Assembly: GCF_006345805.1 (NCBI RefSeq)
Contig: NC_043003.1
Span: 36,208,001 to 36,272,000, forward strand
Reading direction: 5' to 3'
DNA from: Octopus sinensis
Taxonomy: Eukaryota
Length of the DNA stretch: 64,000 nt
Shown: positions 53,239 through 64,000 of the stretch, one piece after another
Layout: every line of letters begins with the position of its first letter
How positions within the stretch are numbered: the first letter of the stretch is position 1
Notes under the pieces: model-generated
Database searches by the model: none
The model's input: only the letters and a program-made list of their open reading frames with translations
Told to the model about the DNA's origin: nothing
Made by a program: the position numbers and the translations under genes

Positions 53239-53384
53239 CATAGATATAGATATATATGTGTATATGTATGTATATATATATGTATACATATATATATGTA
53301 TGTATATATATATATATATATGTATGGGTATATGTGTGTATGTATAGATGTATGTATATATCTGGCAAACAACTTGCACATGCA

Positions 53385-54200
53385 AGTGCTACCAGTCGAG
53401 AACTCTGCATACAGACAGCCAGCAAGTGAATCGGGTCATCAGGAGAGTATGCCGCTCCGTTTCCCTTCCTGTATTCTATACTGAGCTTGTTAACTTTCCC
53501 AGTTTATCCACTGCAGAGCATGTCATTTTATAAAGATTTCGACGTAGCCTGCTTTTAAACTCTATATATACTCCTTTCTCATTAGCAGCAGGTCATAGAA
53601 CCCTCGGTTTCCTCCGAGTACTATCTGATGCATCAGTTTCATAACATACAGTTTCCTGTCAGGAAGGGGTCTTTGCTGTAGCATTTATCTATCCGCTGTG
53701 GTTTGAGTTCAAGGGTGATTTGCCATGTGTTTTAAGATCAGATTATCCACGCTGCTCCGTCCACTTCTTACAAGTCTTTACCTGATGTATCCTTTTCTAC
53801 TCAAGGTAAAAGGCCCAGAATTTTGAGGGAGGGGGCCAGTCGATTAGTTTGACCCCACTACGTAACTGGTACTTATTTTGTCGACCCCGAAATGACAAAA
53901 GGCAAAGTCGTCCTCGGCGAAATTTGGACTCAGAACGTAAAGACAGACGAAATACTGCTAAGCATTTCGCCCGGCATGATAACGTTTCTGCCAGTGCGCC
54001 GCCTTTTTTTCCCTGATGTATCTTCAAGCCTCTTTCGGCTGCAAATGTCCTACAGCACAGCTTGCATCCAAAGTTGTTTGCAATACGAATATGGCTCTTC
54101 GAATGAATAGCCATATTCGTATACAAGGTCATTTCCGTGTTAACTGGGTTTGATAGATTCTCGACTCCCCACTCTCGGTCAATCATGGGTATGTCACTAT
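53385..54200 (-). mobile_element. HERO-like (RLE-bearing) LINE N-terminal fragment, interrupted by a SINE
   Basis: With the SINE removed, one frame reads CKLCCRTFAAERGLKIHQVKTC (N-terminal Zn finger)...RRKPRVL*PAANEKGVYIEF...AVDKLGKLTSSV*NTGRE, resembling HERO 'R+KWP...FD...VD+KL++LT++IY++G+ERFG'. Confidence 0.7.
53792..54011 (-). mobile_element. Full-length OR-type SINE with 11-bp target-site duplication
   Basis: Head rc aaggcggcgcactggcagaaacg; TSD cctgatgtatc at 53781-53791 and 54012-54022. Confidence 0.93.
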
Positions 54201-54228
54201 CATTGGTATCTGTATAACCCCCCCCCCC

Positions 54229-54280
<52 letters not shown>

Positions 54281-55327
54281 TGACGTCCTGTTTTTGTTAT
54301 TCTTATTCGTGTTATCATTATTATTTTTACGTATTTTTGTATTCTTATTCGTTCCCGTCCTTGTTTTGTATACATTCGAAGCTTTCTTCCAAGGAATCTA
54401 ATGCGCTTGGCTTAGGTTTTCCTTTGGGGCTGGCCAGGTCGGAGCAATCTCAAGATTAATCAGCCGAAATTGCGAGGATGATCTGGTTCTTGACTGAAGA
54501 TTGAAGGCTTCGAATGTCCCGTCCGTGTTTTTTGTATCGTCTTCTAAATGTTTTGCGTTCTTGTCCCAGTTTGTGATTTTTTTACATATACATATATATA
54601 TGGCGTCGCCCGTACCCTTTTTGATATTGTATGTAAGTACATTTTTCTCTAAACATGGTACGACTCTATAACACTGTCTCTCTCTCACTCCCTCCTCTCC
54701 TACATTTCTCTGCCTTTCACACTTTGCACTCCACTTTGATCTGTCTCTTTCTCTCTCTCTCTTCTCCTCCTCCTCATTTGTTCCTTGTTCCCTTTTTCTC
54801 TCTTCCTCTGACCCCTCTTTTCTCATCTCTCTTCTCCTCACACGTGACTAACTTTGGACTGCTGTTCTGCCTTTTCGTGGTCAGCAGCCGTCTAGGGTAG
54901 ACACATTTTTATTCTCTCTTCGCCTCAAGGCATTTTCCCTATGCGCTAGCTCAAGTTCACCCGTCCTGTCGAAAAGACGTTTGTCTATGACGTCCTGTTT
55001 TTGTTATTATTATTATCATTATTGTTTTTACGTATTTTCCTATTCTTATTCGTGTTATCATTATTATTCTTACGTATTTTTGTATTCTTATTCGTTCCCA
55101 TCCTTGTTTTGTATACATTCGAGGCTTTCTTCCAAGGAATCTAATGCGCTTGGCTTAGATTTTCCTTTGGGGCTGGCTAGGTCGGAACAATCTCAAAATT
55201 AATCAGCCGAAATTGCGAGGACGATCCGGTTCTTGACTGAAGAATGAACGCTTCGAATGTCCCGTCCGTGTTTTTTGTATCGTCTTCTAAATGTTTTGCG
55301 TTCTTGTCCCAGTTTGTGTATTTTTAC

Positions 55328-55335
<8 letters not shown>
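54281..55335 (+). mobile_element. Non-coding element bounded by ~310-345-bp direct repeats (Penelope pLTR/retrozyme-like)
   Basis: 54281-54594 and 54988-55335 are homologous with scattered substitutions and a ~35-bp internal duplication in the right copy; pyrimidine-rich interior; gccgaaattgc and gactgaaga (54494, 55237) in each repeat; (TA)n on both flanks. Confidence 0.75.
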
Positions 55336-55403
<68 letters not shown>

Positions 55404-57523
55404 GGGACAAGAACGCAAAATATCCAAATAGACGATACAGAAAACACGCACGGGTCATTTAAATATATATATACATAACAACTCAGCAAGTGGGGATAAT
55501 CGAAATTCTTCCCTTTTTGTTACTACATATATTATGTAAATGTTACATATACTAAGTAAATGCATAAAGATCAAATCGGCCATGACATGTATGCATATGC
55601 GTGCCCAACTGAATGTATAGAAACATACATAAATGCATAACTATTTTACTGATGTTAACTAAATACCAAAGAAACTACTTTGAGTTTAGAGCGGAAACCA
55701 AATCTTTCTTTGTTAAAGAGAATTTTTAAACAGTAAACACATTCAAAAAACGAAAGAACAAACATGGATTCGGATATACTGGCATATTAGTCTTATTATA
55801 GAAAAATATACTTCCTGAGATTTATAAAGGAAACATATCTTGCATACATAGATATGTGGATAATCGTTTACTTCGACTCTCATTTATTTGTCATATGGTC
55901 GCACAGGGCTTAATAATAAACTGATATGGGAATATGATACACATCTATGATTCCATCACTGATAGTACGAAAACACGTATAATCAACAAACATTTACAAG
56001 CAGGAACTTCAAATTGCTGCGGCTGCCAGACTAGTTTATTGGTATCCTGCACAGACCTTACACGCACCACCACCTAACACATACTAATTCCTTGCAACAG
56101 TAAAGCATTAAAAAACTGTACCAACATGCGTATGCACAGGTACCTGTATTTCATCTAATTATTTATGTAAATTTAAAATTTGTCACAATTTGAATATGTT
56201 GACCAAGAGGATCACACATGGTTCGGAAAAATTAGTAATTCAGAAAAGCTTTGGGAGCAAAGGGCCTGTAAATAAATGCTACATCTGTACTAGTTTATTG
56301 ACTAGTTAGGAAAATATATGCTATTCTGTACACAAATACATGCTGCGAGAGAGCTCTGGTGTTGGCAGATTTACACTCACGTAATGTCAAAGATAAATAT
56401 CAATGTTAAGCATTTAAATCTTTTTGACATTGGAAACTTGAAAATACACGAGAAAGTGTCTGACAAGTATTTAATTCAAATGTGCAGTAAGTAGTGTATT
56501 ATAGTTAGATTCATAATATACACCAGATTACAACAGCAAAATACATTACACTTGTGATTATGATTTTAATCCCTCCAAATAGTCTACCGCTATGAAATAG
56601 GTACTTATCACCGATGATTTAATTAGTACATCCTCCTCGACGTTTGACCAGAGTGTGCTCATTTAGCTTCTATTACAGCGAATAAAGAAAAAACTACGAT
56701 GGAGCGAATTTTAGAGGTGCCTGCGACTTGTTCTTTCACAATGGTTGAGTGATGAATTTTTGTGTTATCTGTGATCGTAAGCCGTCCCTTAGAAGTAACG
56801 GGACAACGAAGTCTCGAAAGTCTTTCATCAAAAGACTTACTGCTCCGTGATCTAAGCTTCAACAACGAAGAAATCTATTTAAATATCAACATTTTAACAG
56901 AAAATTATACATATTTTACATGTTATGCTCTCTCCAATCCTTGGATTGAATCTTGTTTAGAAAACTATTTATAGTATTATAATTGATAATAATTGTGAGG
57001 CGTATTACAAAGCATTGGACAAAATAAGATTTCAATAAATATTTTTGCTCTTAGTTATCAAGTTAGTTACAAAATTTTATCTCTGGCTTTCAAATGCCTG
57101 TAATCTCTTCAGAAACCGATTTCAAAACAAACTACTAGCAAGTTGTTATATTTGATATAACAAAGCGGCATGCTAAATAAGTATGTTACCATTATATCTG
57201 CCTAATTTCTCATCTCAGAACCACGTTATTATCGATTTTCATTCATCCAAAATTGATTAATTAATTAGCGGTATTAATTTAAAATACAAAATAAAACGAA
57301 AATAATTTTCCCTTGCAAAAAACTGAAACTAATACCTAAGTAAGAAACTAATAGACGATCAAAGAAGAAATCTCTCCTCGATTGATTGGGCTTCTAGAAA
57401 TAACGCAGTACTTGCAGTGGAAACAAAGAAGAAATTCAATATTTTGGCGTAAGTATGCAGTGTCCAGATAAACCAAAATTGATACAGGGCGGCTCCTACT
57501 GGAATAATTATTTTTATTGCAAG

Positions 57524-57596
57524 TTTACTTTGTCAAATCCAACCGGACGTTACATCGCCACCAGGTGCAACAGTAGGAACAAAAGCAACAAGAGAA
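57524..57596 (+). CDS. Candidate small exon B
   Basis: ttatttttattgcaag|...73 nt...GAA|gtaagt; phase 2 in and phase 0 out in frame (S)LLCQIQPDVTSPPGATVGTKATRE; a second frame is also open. Confidence 0.35.
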
Positions 57597-58071
57597 GTAA
57601 GTTATCTTACATTTACTGCTTTGTAGTATAATCTATGTATAGAAACAGGAACATCTTGCTTGCATTCATTACTTCAAGTGAAAGTGGTGAAAATAATTTT
57701 AACTTATCTTAGTTTCACAATAATATTCACAATAGAATGAAACACTTAACATTTAGTCAAATATGGTGTAGTAGGAGACCAGCCTAAATGTTGGTCTGTT
57801 GTAATGTTTTCTTGTCAAGGATACTTGAGATGAAATTACTATCATGAGAAAACAACATATTGCTATAAAAATCACAAGCTGATCGATACCACGCCGTACC
57901 AAAATAAAATTCAGCTCAGGATCTAGAAAAATATTTTTAGCATTCAAATATCGTTCGAAGTTTTCTGGCCATCTCACTTCATTAAGAAATTTGACTCACA
58001 TTCAAGGTTTGTTCAGTTTCCAATAAATGATGGGTGCACCACAAATATCACATCAAAAACATTTTTTATAG

Positions 58072-58102
58072 GTATCCAACAGCAGATGGATGAGTTCCTC
58101 AG
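58072..58102 (+). CDS. Candidate micro-exon C
   Basis: cattttttatag|...31 nt...CAG|gtacgt; reads VSNSRWMSSS in phase 0 or IQQQMDEFL in phase 1. Confidence 0.3.
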
Positions 58103-58589
58103 GTACGTAGGACAACTAACCACTTCTATACAAGATTTAATCCTATTTGATGAAGCGTAATGAAAAAAGAAAAATAATCAATATTAGCTGCTGGCACCAA
58201 TAGTGTAGCGGCCACCAGTGGTGTTTATAATGAGGATTTTGTAAATTAAAGGAGTAGAAATTCCGTAATTAACTGTCGGTAATTTCTGTAGATTAGTTGA
58301 TCCAATTAGTTAGGATGTGTAATTAAAGTAAGAGAAGATACGTAAATAAAACATAAACAATTTTTATTGATTTGTAGCTTGGTGAAAGCAATACATTTTC
58401 ATTTGTAGCAATCTTGCCTAAATTACAAACATTAGCATCTTATCGAATTGCATGCTATCTGAAATATTGTTATAGGGATGTGAAGATAGCATCCATCCAC
58501 ATATAAGCACAATACAATGCGTGGAGACGTTTTAAATAAATGCATTTCTGTTTGAGTGATTATACGTATATAAAATAGGTAGATAGATA

Positions 58590-58627
58590 GACATAGTTAT
58601 ATTTATATATATATATGTATATATATA

Positions 58628-58685
<58 letters not shown>

Positions 58686-59247
58686 TAAATATATATATAT
58701 ATATGTGTATGTATATGTGTATATCATTATTTACAAATTTATTTATCTATCCCTATATATAATGTGTTCCTTTTTAAGCAAGTTTGAAAATTGGAATTTA
58801 AATAAAGGGAATACAAACTGACATTTGTATACAGAATTCAAGTTTATATATATTAAATAAATAGTTATTATGCTATCGTTATTAAACTGGTTAAATTCAT
58901 TTCAAATTAACAAAACTGCGATTTCAACCAAACTATAAATAATTTTTCGTGAACATATGTGCTTACAAATGCACATGGATGTGAATACATATGTGTATGT
59001 GTATGTATGTACGTATGTATGTATGTATGTATGTAGTATGTATGTATGTATGTATGTATGTATGTATGCATGCATGTATGTATTTGATTCGGTTGCATTT
59101 GATTTAAATTCTACCGGGCCTCTTCCAAGCCTAGATTACTGATAATTCCCATAGAGCTGAAACAAACTCTTTTAAATAATATATGTAACTCCAACTAAAT
59201 GTGCTGCATGCGTTTTTCTCTCCTTTGTCCACTCACTCATATATATA

Positions 59248-59318
<71 letters not shown>

Positions 59319-59345
59319 TATATACATACATACACACACTTATAT
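58590..59345. repeat. (TA)n and (TATG)n microsatellite cluster
   Basis: Three arrays read directly (~58590-58720, 58985-59080, 59238-59335). Confidence 0.93.
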
Positions 59346-61459
59346 TGAAAGTGTAAATAAATGGGTTATCTTCTGCGTTGGCCGTCTTGGTAATAATGAA
59401 TGGTTTTGTAGTTTGTCTATTGCAGTTAGGTCCTTCCAAATATAAGCAGTTAATTCTTCAAATAAAATTGTTTGTTCAGAATATATTACGATTTCATATA
59501 ACTGTATGTGTGTAAGTGTCTGTGCATGTGTTTTAGTGTGTGTAATATAATATTTAAATACACATTACCGTATGTTTTAATACACAGATGATACGAATGA
59601 ATAACGCCAGAATGTGGTTTGAGTATATTTTCGAATGCAACCAATTTGTTGTTGAACTGAAATTTAAGCAAAATCATAAACAATATTCATTGACCTCATT
59701 CAATTAACCTACAACATTGCAAATTATATATGAAAATGTTTGTTTGATATTGTTGTTGATATTGTTTCAACTAACATGTCAGTCATTGTTTTAAATACTC
59801 ACTATATGGCTTTGGTTAGAACATCTACTCCTGCAAAGCCATATGCTATGAAATAGGTTTGATGTTTATAATGAGGGATGATGGGGAGGAGGTTGGTGTT
59901 CCGAAGCTTAGAATATTTAATTCATTTATGTCAAAATGTATGTAAGTGTTATTAAAAGTAAAATCGAATTTAAGCGTCAAAGTAACATTTTAATCTTAAA
60001 ATGTTTTATATAAATAATATTTCTCCATTAACGCCGATAAAATAAAATTATGATCGATTAAAATTTAATTAAATTAATAAATTATTTGCGTTCATAAAAA
60101 TATCAATATTTCTCTATATCAATTCGTATAGAATTCTAAGCATAAACATACGCTACGTCAATATCTCTCTGTAATAAAACAACATATATCTGTCTTTCTC
60201 GCTTTTCGCACCTCCTAGGCTCCTAATTACATTATTTCCCTATCTCAATTTATTCTCTTCCTTTACCGTTCTCTTCTCGTTCTCTGTCTCTCTCTCCCTT
60301 TCTCACTCGCTATAAATAATTGTTTTCTTATATCACATATGATAAAAATAAGTCGATATTAATGTTTTTCCATGCAAATTAAGGATATCTGCATGAAAAA
60401 GATGTAAATAGATAATTCCATCGTTGTTTTCATAAATTCAGATATCTTTTTAAGAGAAGTGCATCTTTTTAGTGTTTGAATTATGTTGTAATGAAATATT
60501 AAAATATTGATTCATCTGTTGGGTTTTACAGTTAAAAACCTTTTGGTTAATTCGCTTACAACAATTTTATCTTATACGCAAAGTATCCTCCGAAGCAATG
60601 AAAATTGGCTCGATACTTTTTAAGGCCATAATAGCGATGTATCGATGCATATTTATAACATCACAATATTTATTAATGGGCAATTTCATTATGACTAGCT
60701 TTTGGCGGAAACAATCTGCTGAAAATTCAAACTTTCATTTGAGTTGGTTTTTCGCCTTTTCCATTTAACCTTTCCACGGATTTCAGACATCTCTGGTGAC
60801 CAGTTACACCTTATTCCAGACAATCCCAAGAAAGAGTCGTAAGAAAGATTTTGTTTGATAATTATTTCTTAAAAAAAAAAAAAAAATGGCTGCTTGCAGT
60901 CTCTTCCTTATTCCTAAATGGATTATCAAAAATGTAATGAGATGTCCTATCGGAGTTAAGAGAGCATATAAAATTTGAAAAAGCATATATTTTACTAAGT
61001 ATCGACATATTATTCTTATAACATTCTAAAATCATAGCCCCTAATCATTTGAAACAATACTGTTGATGAAACGAGCTGAGCCATAACTTGATGTGACTAG
61101 GGTGTTAAAAAACAACTACATTGCTAGAAATAAGAACAAAAACGCTCTAATGCTGTAGTCAATGTACATGAATGAAAACATATACAGTAACAGGGACCAT
61201 AATTGTCCGAAAAACGCCGACCAATATATCTTAAGACTGATGTCAGTTCCGACTACTTCCGGTGACATATTCATTTATGCCAGCTCGGTGTTCAGCTTTT
61301 CCCGGGCCTGTTTCTCTATTAGTATATATGTTTTCGTCATCCAAATTAATGGATGATTTAGCGATTCGCTAATGTGTACACACAGAACAAATATAAATAG
61401 CAGGTTACAATGTTTCACGATAAAGGAGAATTACAACTACCACTAAATGTGACTAGGGC

Positions 61460-61505
<46 letters not shown>

Positions 61506-61704
61506 GGTGGATACGTAAGCAACAATATATTAAATATTAATAAATTACATCCTGATATTGTTACTATATTTATCCCACATCATATCGCGGTAACCATGAT
61601 GTAACCCCATAAATCTGACTCACTAGTCAGTATCATTAAACAGTAGCCAGCATAATGAAATAAGAGCTTTATTTGCATACCCCGAATGTTACTAAAAACG
61701 AATT

Positions 61705-61739
<35 letters not shown>

Positions 61740-64000
61740 GCACTTAAATCGTATTTAGTCGATATCTGATGCACTTTATTGCATTGATTTATGATGAAAT
61801 CTTACTTTATGTAGAGCTACTAAATTCAGTCACTGTACATGTCTAATAAATGCAGCATGTGCTTTTCCCGTAGATCTATAAACGAAGATTATATTATATC
61901 CATGCTTAGAAATTTAAACAGTGATATAATGCTAGGAGTTGCGAACACATATAGTAAATCGTCGATTTTCTGTTTCATCAGAAAAATTCCATCCTTATGA
62001 AGATACATCTTAGTTAATGTTGAATTATCTATCTTTCTGATTGATGAGTCCTTCAATTTCTTCCAAATTAAGATTTCATTTCGAATACAGTGACGATGAT
62101 TTGTGCAGCGCGTGTGAGTGTGTGTATATGTTATCTTATGTGAGCGTATTTTCCTGTTTGTATAAGAAAAGTGGAAGAATGAAATTAATCTGTTAACCTG
62201 CTTTTTCTTCTCGATATCTCTCTTTCGATTTCCTTACCTTTTCATTTCTTCGCTTTCATCCAGATCTGCCAACACAGTAAGGTAGATTAGGGATGTTCTT
62301 AAAACAAAGGTATTAGAATTATAATGCGAACGTCATACCAGCTTAAATTGCTTGGCCACATAATTTCCGTTGATAAAAGGTTTATACAGCTGCTGAATTC
62401 TTAAGCAGTATCCATATTGTGAGTTTCCATTGAATAATGATAATTCTTAAGACACAACATGCTCCAATATAAGAATAAGAAATGGAATTCGAATGAGGCA
62501 GAGATAGATATTCATAAACAAATACAATTGTTGAGTAGAATATTTACAGGTTAAACAGAAAATGCAGTATGAAAGATAAGTTACAAATTATAGGTTTTCT
62601 TTCACAAGTTATAAACTCTATATAGTTAGAGGAGCTGTGTTATGTACAAACGTGTTGAGCAAGGGCAAATATCAGGCTCTCATGTAATTTAGAGGTGGAG
62701 CGTCTAACATTAAAAACTATTTTGCTTAATCTCGTCAAATCGCTGAATAGTCCTAAATACGTTCTCTTCTAAAGACATACAGTCGTAGGATACTAAGCTT
62801 AATTTTTAATATGTAGTATTTTGATAGTAAAGTTTGTGTACAATGTATGTTATGTGTTTTGCTTTCTCTTATTACATTACATGGAATCTACATCAACTGC
62901 ATCTGCCTCGATTCAGTCCAAAGCCATAAAACTGTATGTCATGCCAAGAGTTTCTGATATATTGCTGACAATATTCTGGCAATATATTTTGATAATTGAG
63001 ATATGATTCTAAAATGTGTTTCGCCTTGTTAGAATTCTCATCCTTATCGTTTGTATAGCATGCTCTCTCTCTCTTTATCTCTGTCTCACATACACAGATG
63101 CATGAAATAGACTCACAGATGCACATAGGCGCATACAGAATGTTAACAAAAGCTTTTGTATACTAAAGAATTGTCCATTTATTTTATATCTCTCCCTACC
63201 TGTAGTTCCAAATCAGCAGTTCGGCTGATTAATCTCCTTTAAATAACTTCTAGTTCTGTCCCTCTATCGAGTTTATATGATTATTGAAATATGCTTACTA
63301 ATTTACTTAAGAATACAGGGAAGCTTCATCAGCTGATTATCATCCGTGGCACAAAGTGGCCATGACTATACAGACGTTGGTGTATAACCACCTTTCCTTT
63401 CTCTCGCTATGTATAGCCAAATCGTATTTATTTATTGAAGGCATTAAACTAATCACCAATAAAGAAAATGAAAACCAGATGTAACGCCCCTTCGCAATAT
63501 CCCCAAATTTTTCTTGCATTCTAACGATCATAAGAATGTTTGCCACTTTTTCAATGTTACCTAACGGAATCCACTATGGTGCCATTTTATTGATGTTCTT
63601 CGGGAATTTTGACATCCCATTCATGTAAAAGCTAATCGAAAGCCATCTTGCAAGAGATCCACGCCGGTGACTATTTTTGTATACATTCACGGTTTTCAGT
63701 ACCTAATATTTAACAAGTGGTCAATTGGGTCTTAGGATTTTTCCTGCACCTAATACTTTTCTACAGTAAACTTCTTCTTGTAAATGCTTAATGATTATTT
63801 TACAAAGCAATTTAGGCATTATTAAGAAACAAATCTCGTTGCATAGATACATGGACTATATTTTTATCTCCTTATTAGAAACATGTTTGCCCAACTAATG
63901 AGGAACCAACGATGTGTTTGGTCGGCTCACTATTAAGAGGTCGTTCAATTGGATATTGCTTCGAAACCACGGGTATCAAATGAAAGCCACAGTAAGTTAA

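Noticed and set aside
53600-53770. Ty3/Gypsy RT-RNase H-like words (WTEQ, ETDASD) on the minus strand
   Set aside because: After removing the SINE, the same frame continues from a zinc finger into HERO-type motifs; the Gypsy-like words lack the expected neighbours and appear coincidental.
56659-56974. Overlapping 68-70 aa ORFs, with an LRR-like LRDLSFNN word
   Set aside because: Single isolated word with no LRR periodicity and no supported exon boundaries.
63317-63650. Protein-like frames on both strands (EASSADYHPWHKVAMTIQTL; ORF 63340-63546)
   Set aside because: No recognisable domain, weak splice signals and in-frame stops; not enough to call an exon.

Overview
AT-rich, repeat-dominated eukaryotic DNA. 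It is most likely from an Octopus genome, inferred from SINE and MITE families I recognise from memory and the extreme microsatellite load; I could not run a database search to confirm. I found no complete protein-coding gene, rRNA, bona fide tRNA or CRISPR array, and most long ORFs in the supplied track are translations of microsatellites. The supported content is a layered set of dead mobile elements: R4/Dong-like non-LTR retrotransposon fragments, most lying in or beside (TAA)n tracts; a HERO-like and a Tx1/L1-like LINE fragment; three mariners, one maT-like end and a mariner MITE in three copies; tRNA-derived SINEs; and Penelope-like remnants, including a GIY-YIG endonuclease and several hammerhead-ribozyme-like cores. 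The most interesting signals are two ~100-bp-arm hairpins carrying hammerhead-like cores (8.4 and 9.7 kb), two ~1.1-1.25 kb non-coding elements bounded by ~310-370 bp direct repeats (42.4 and 54.3 kb), a ~440 bp near-perfect palindrome (45.3 kb), and a phase-compatible chain of three small exons that could encode an unannotated secreted protein. All translations, alignments and folds were done by eye.
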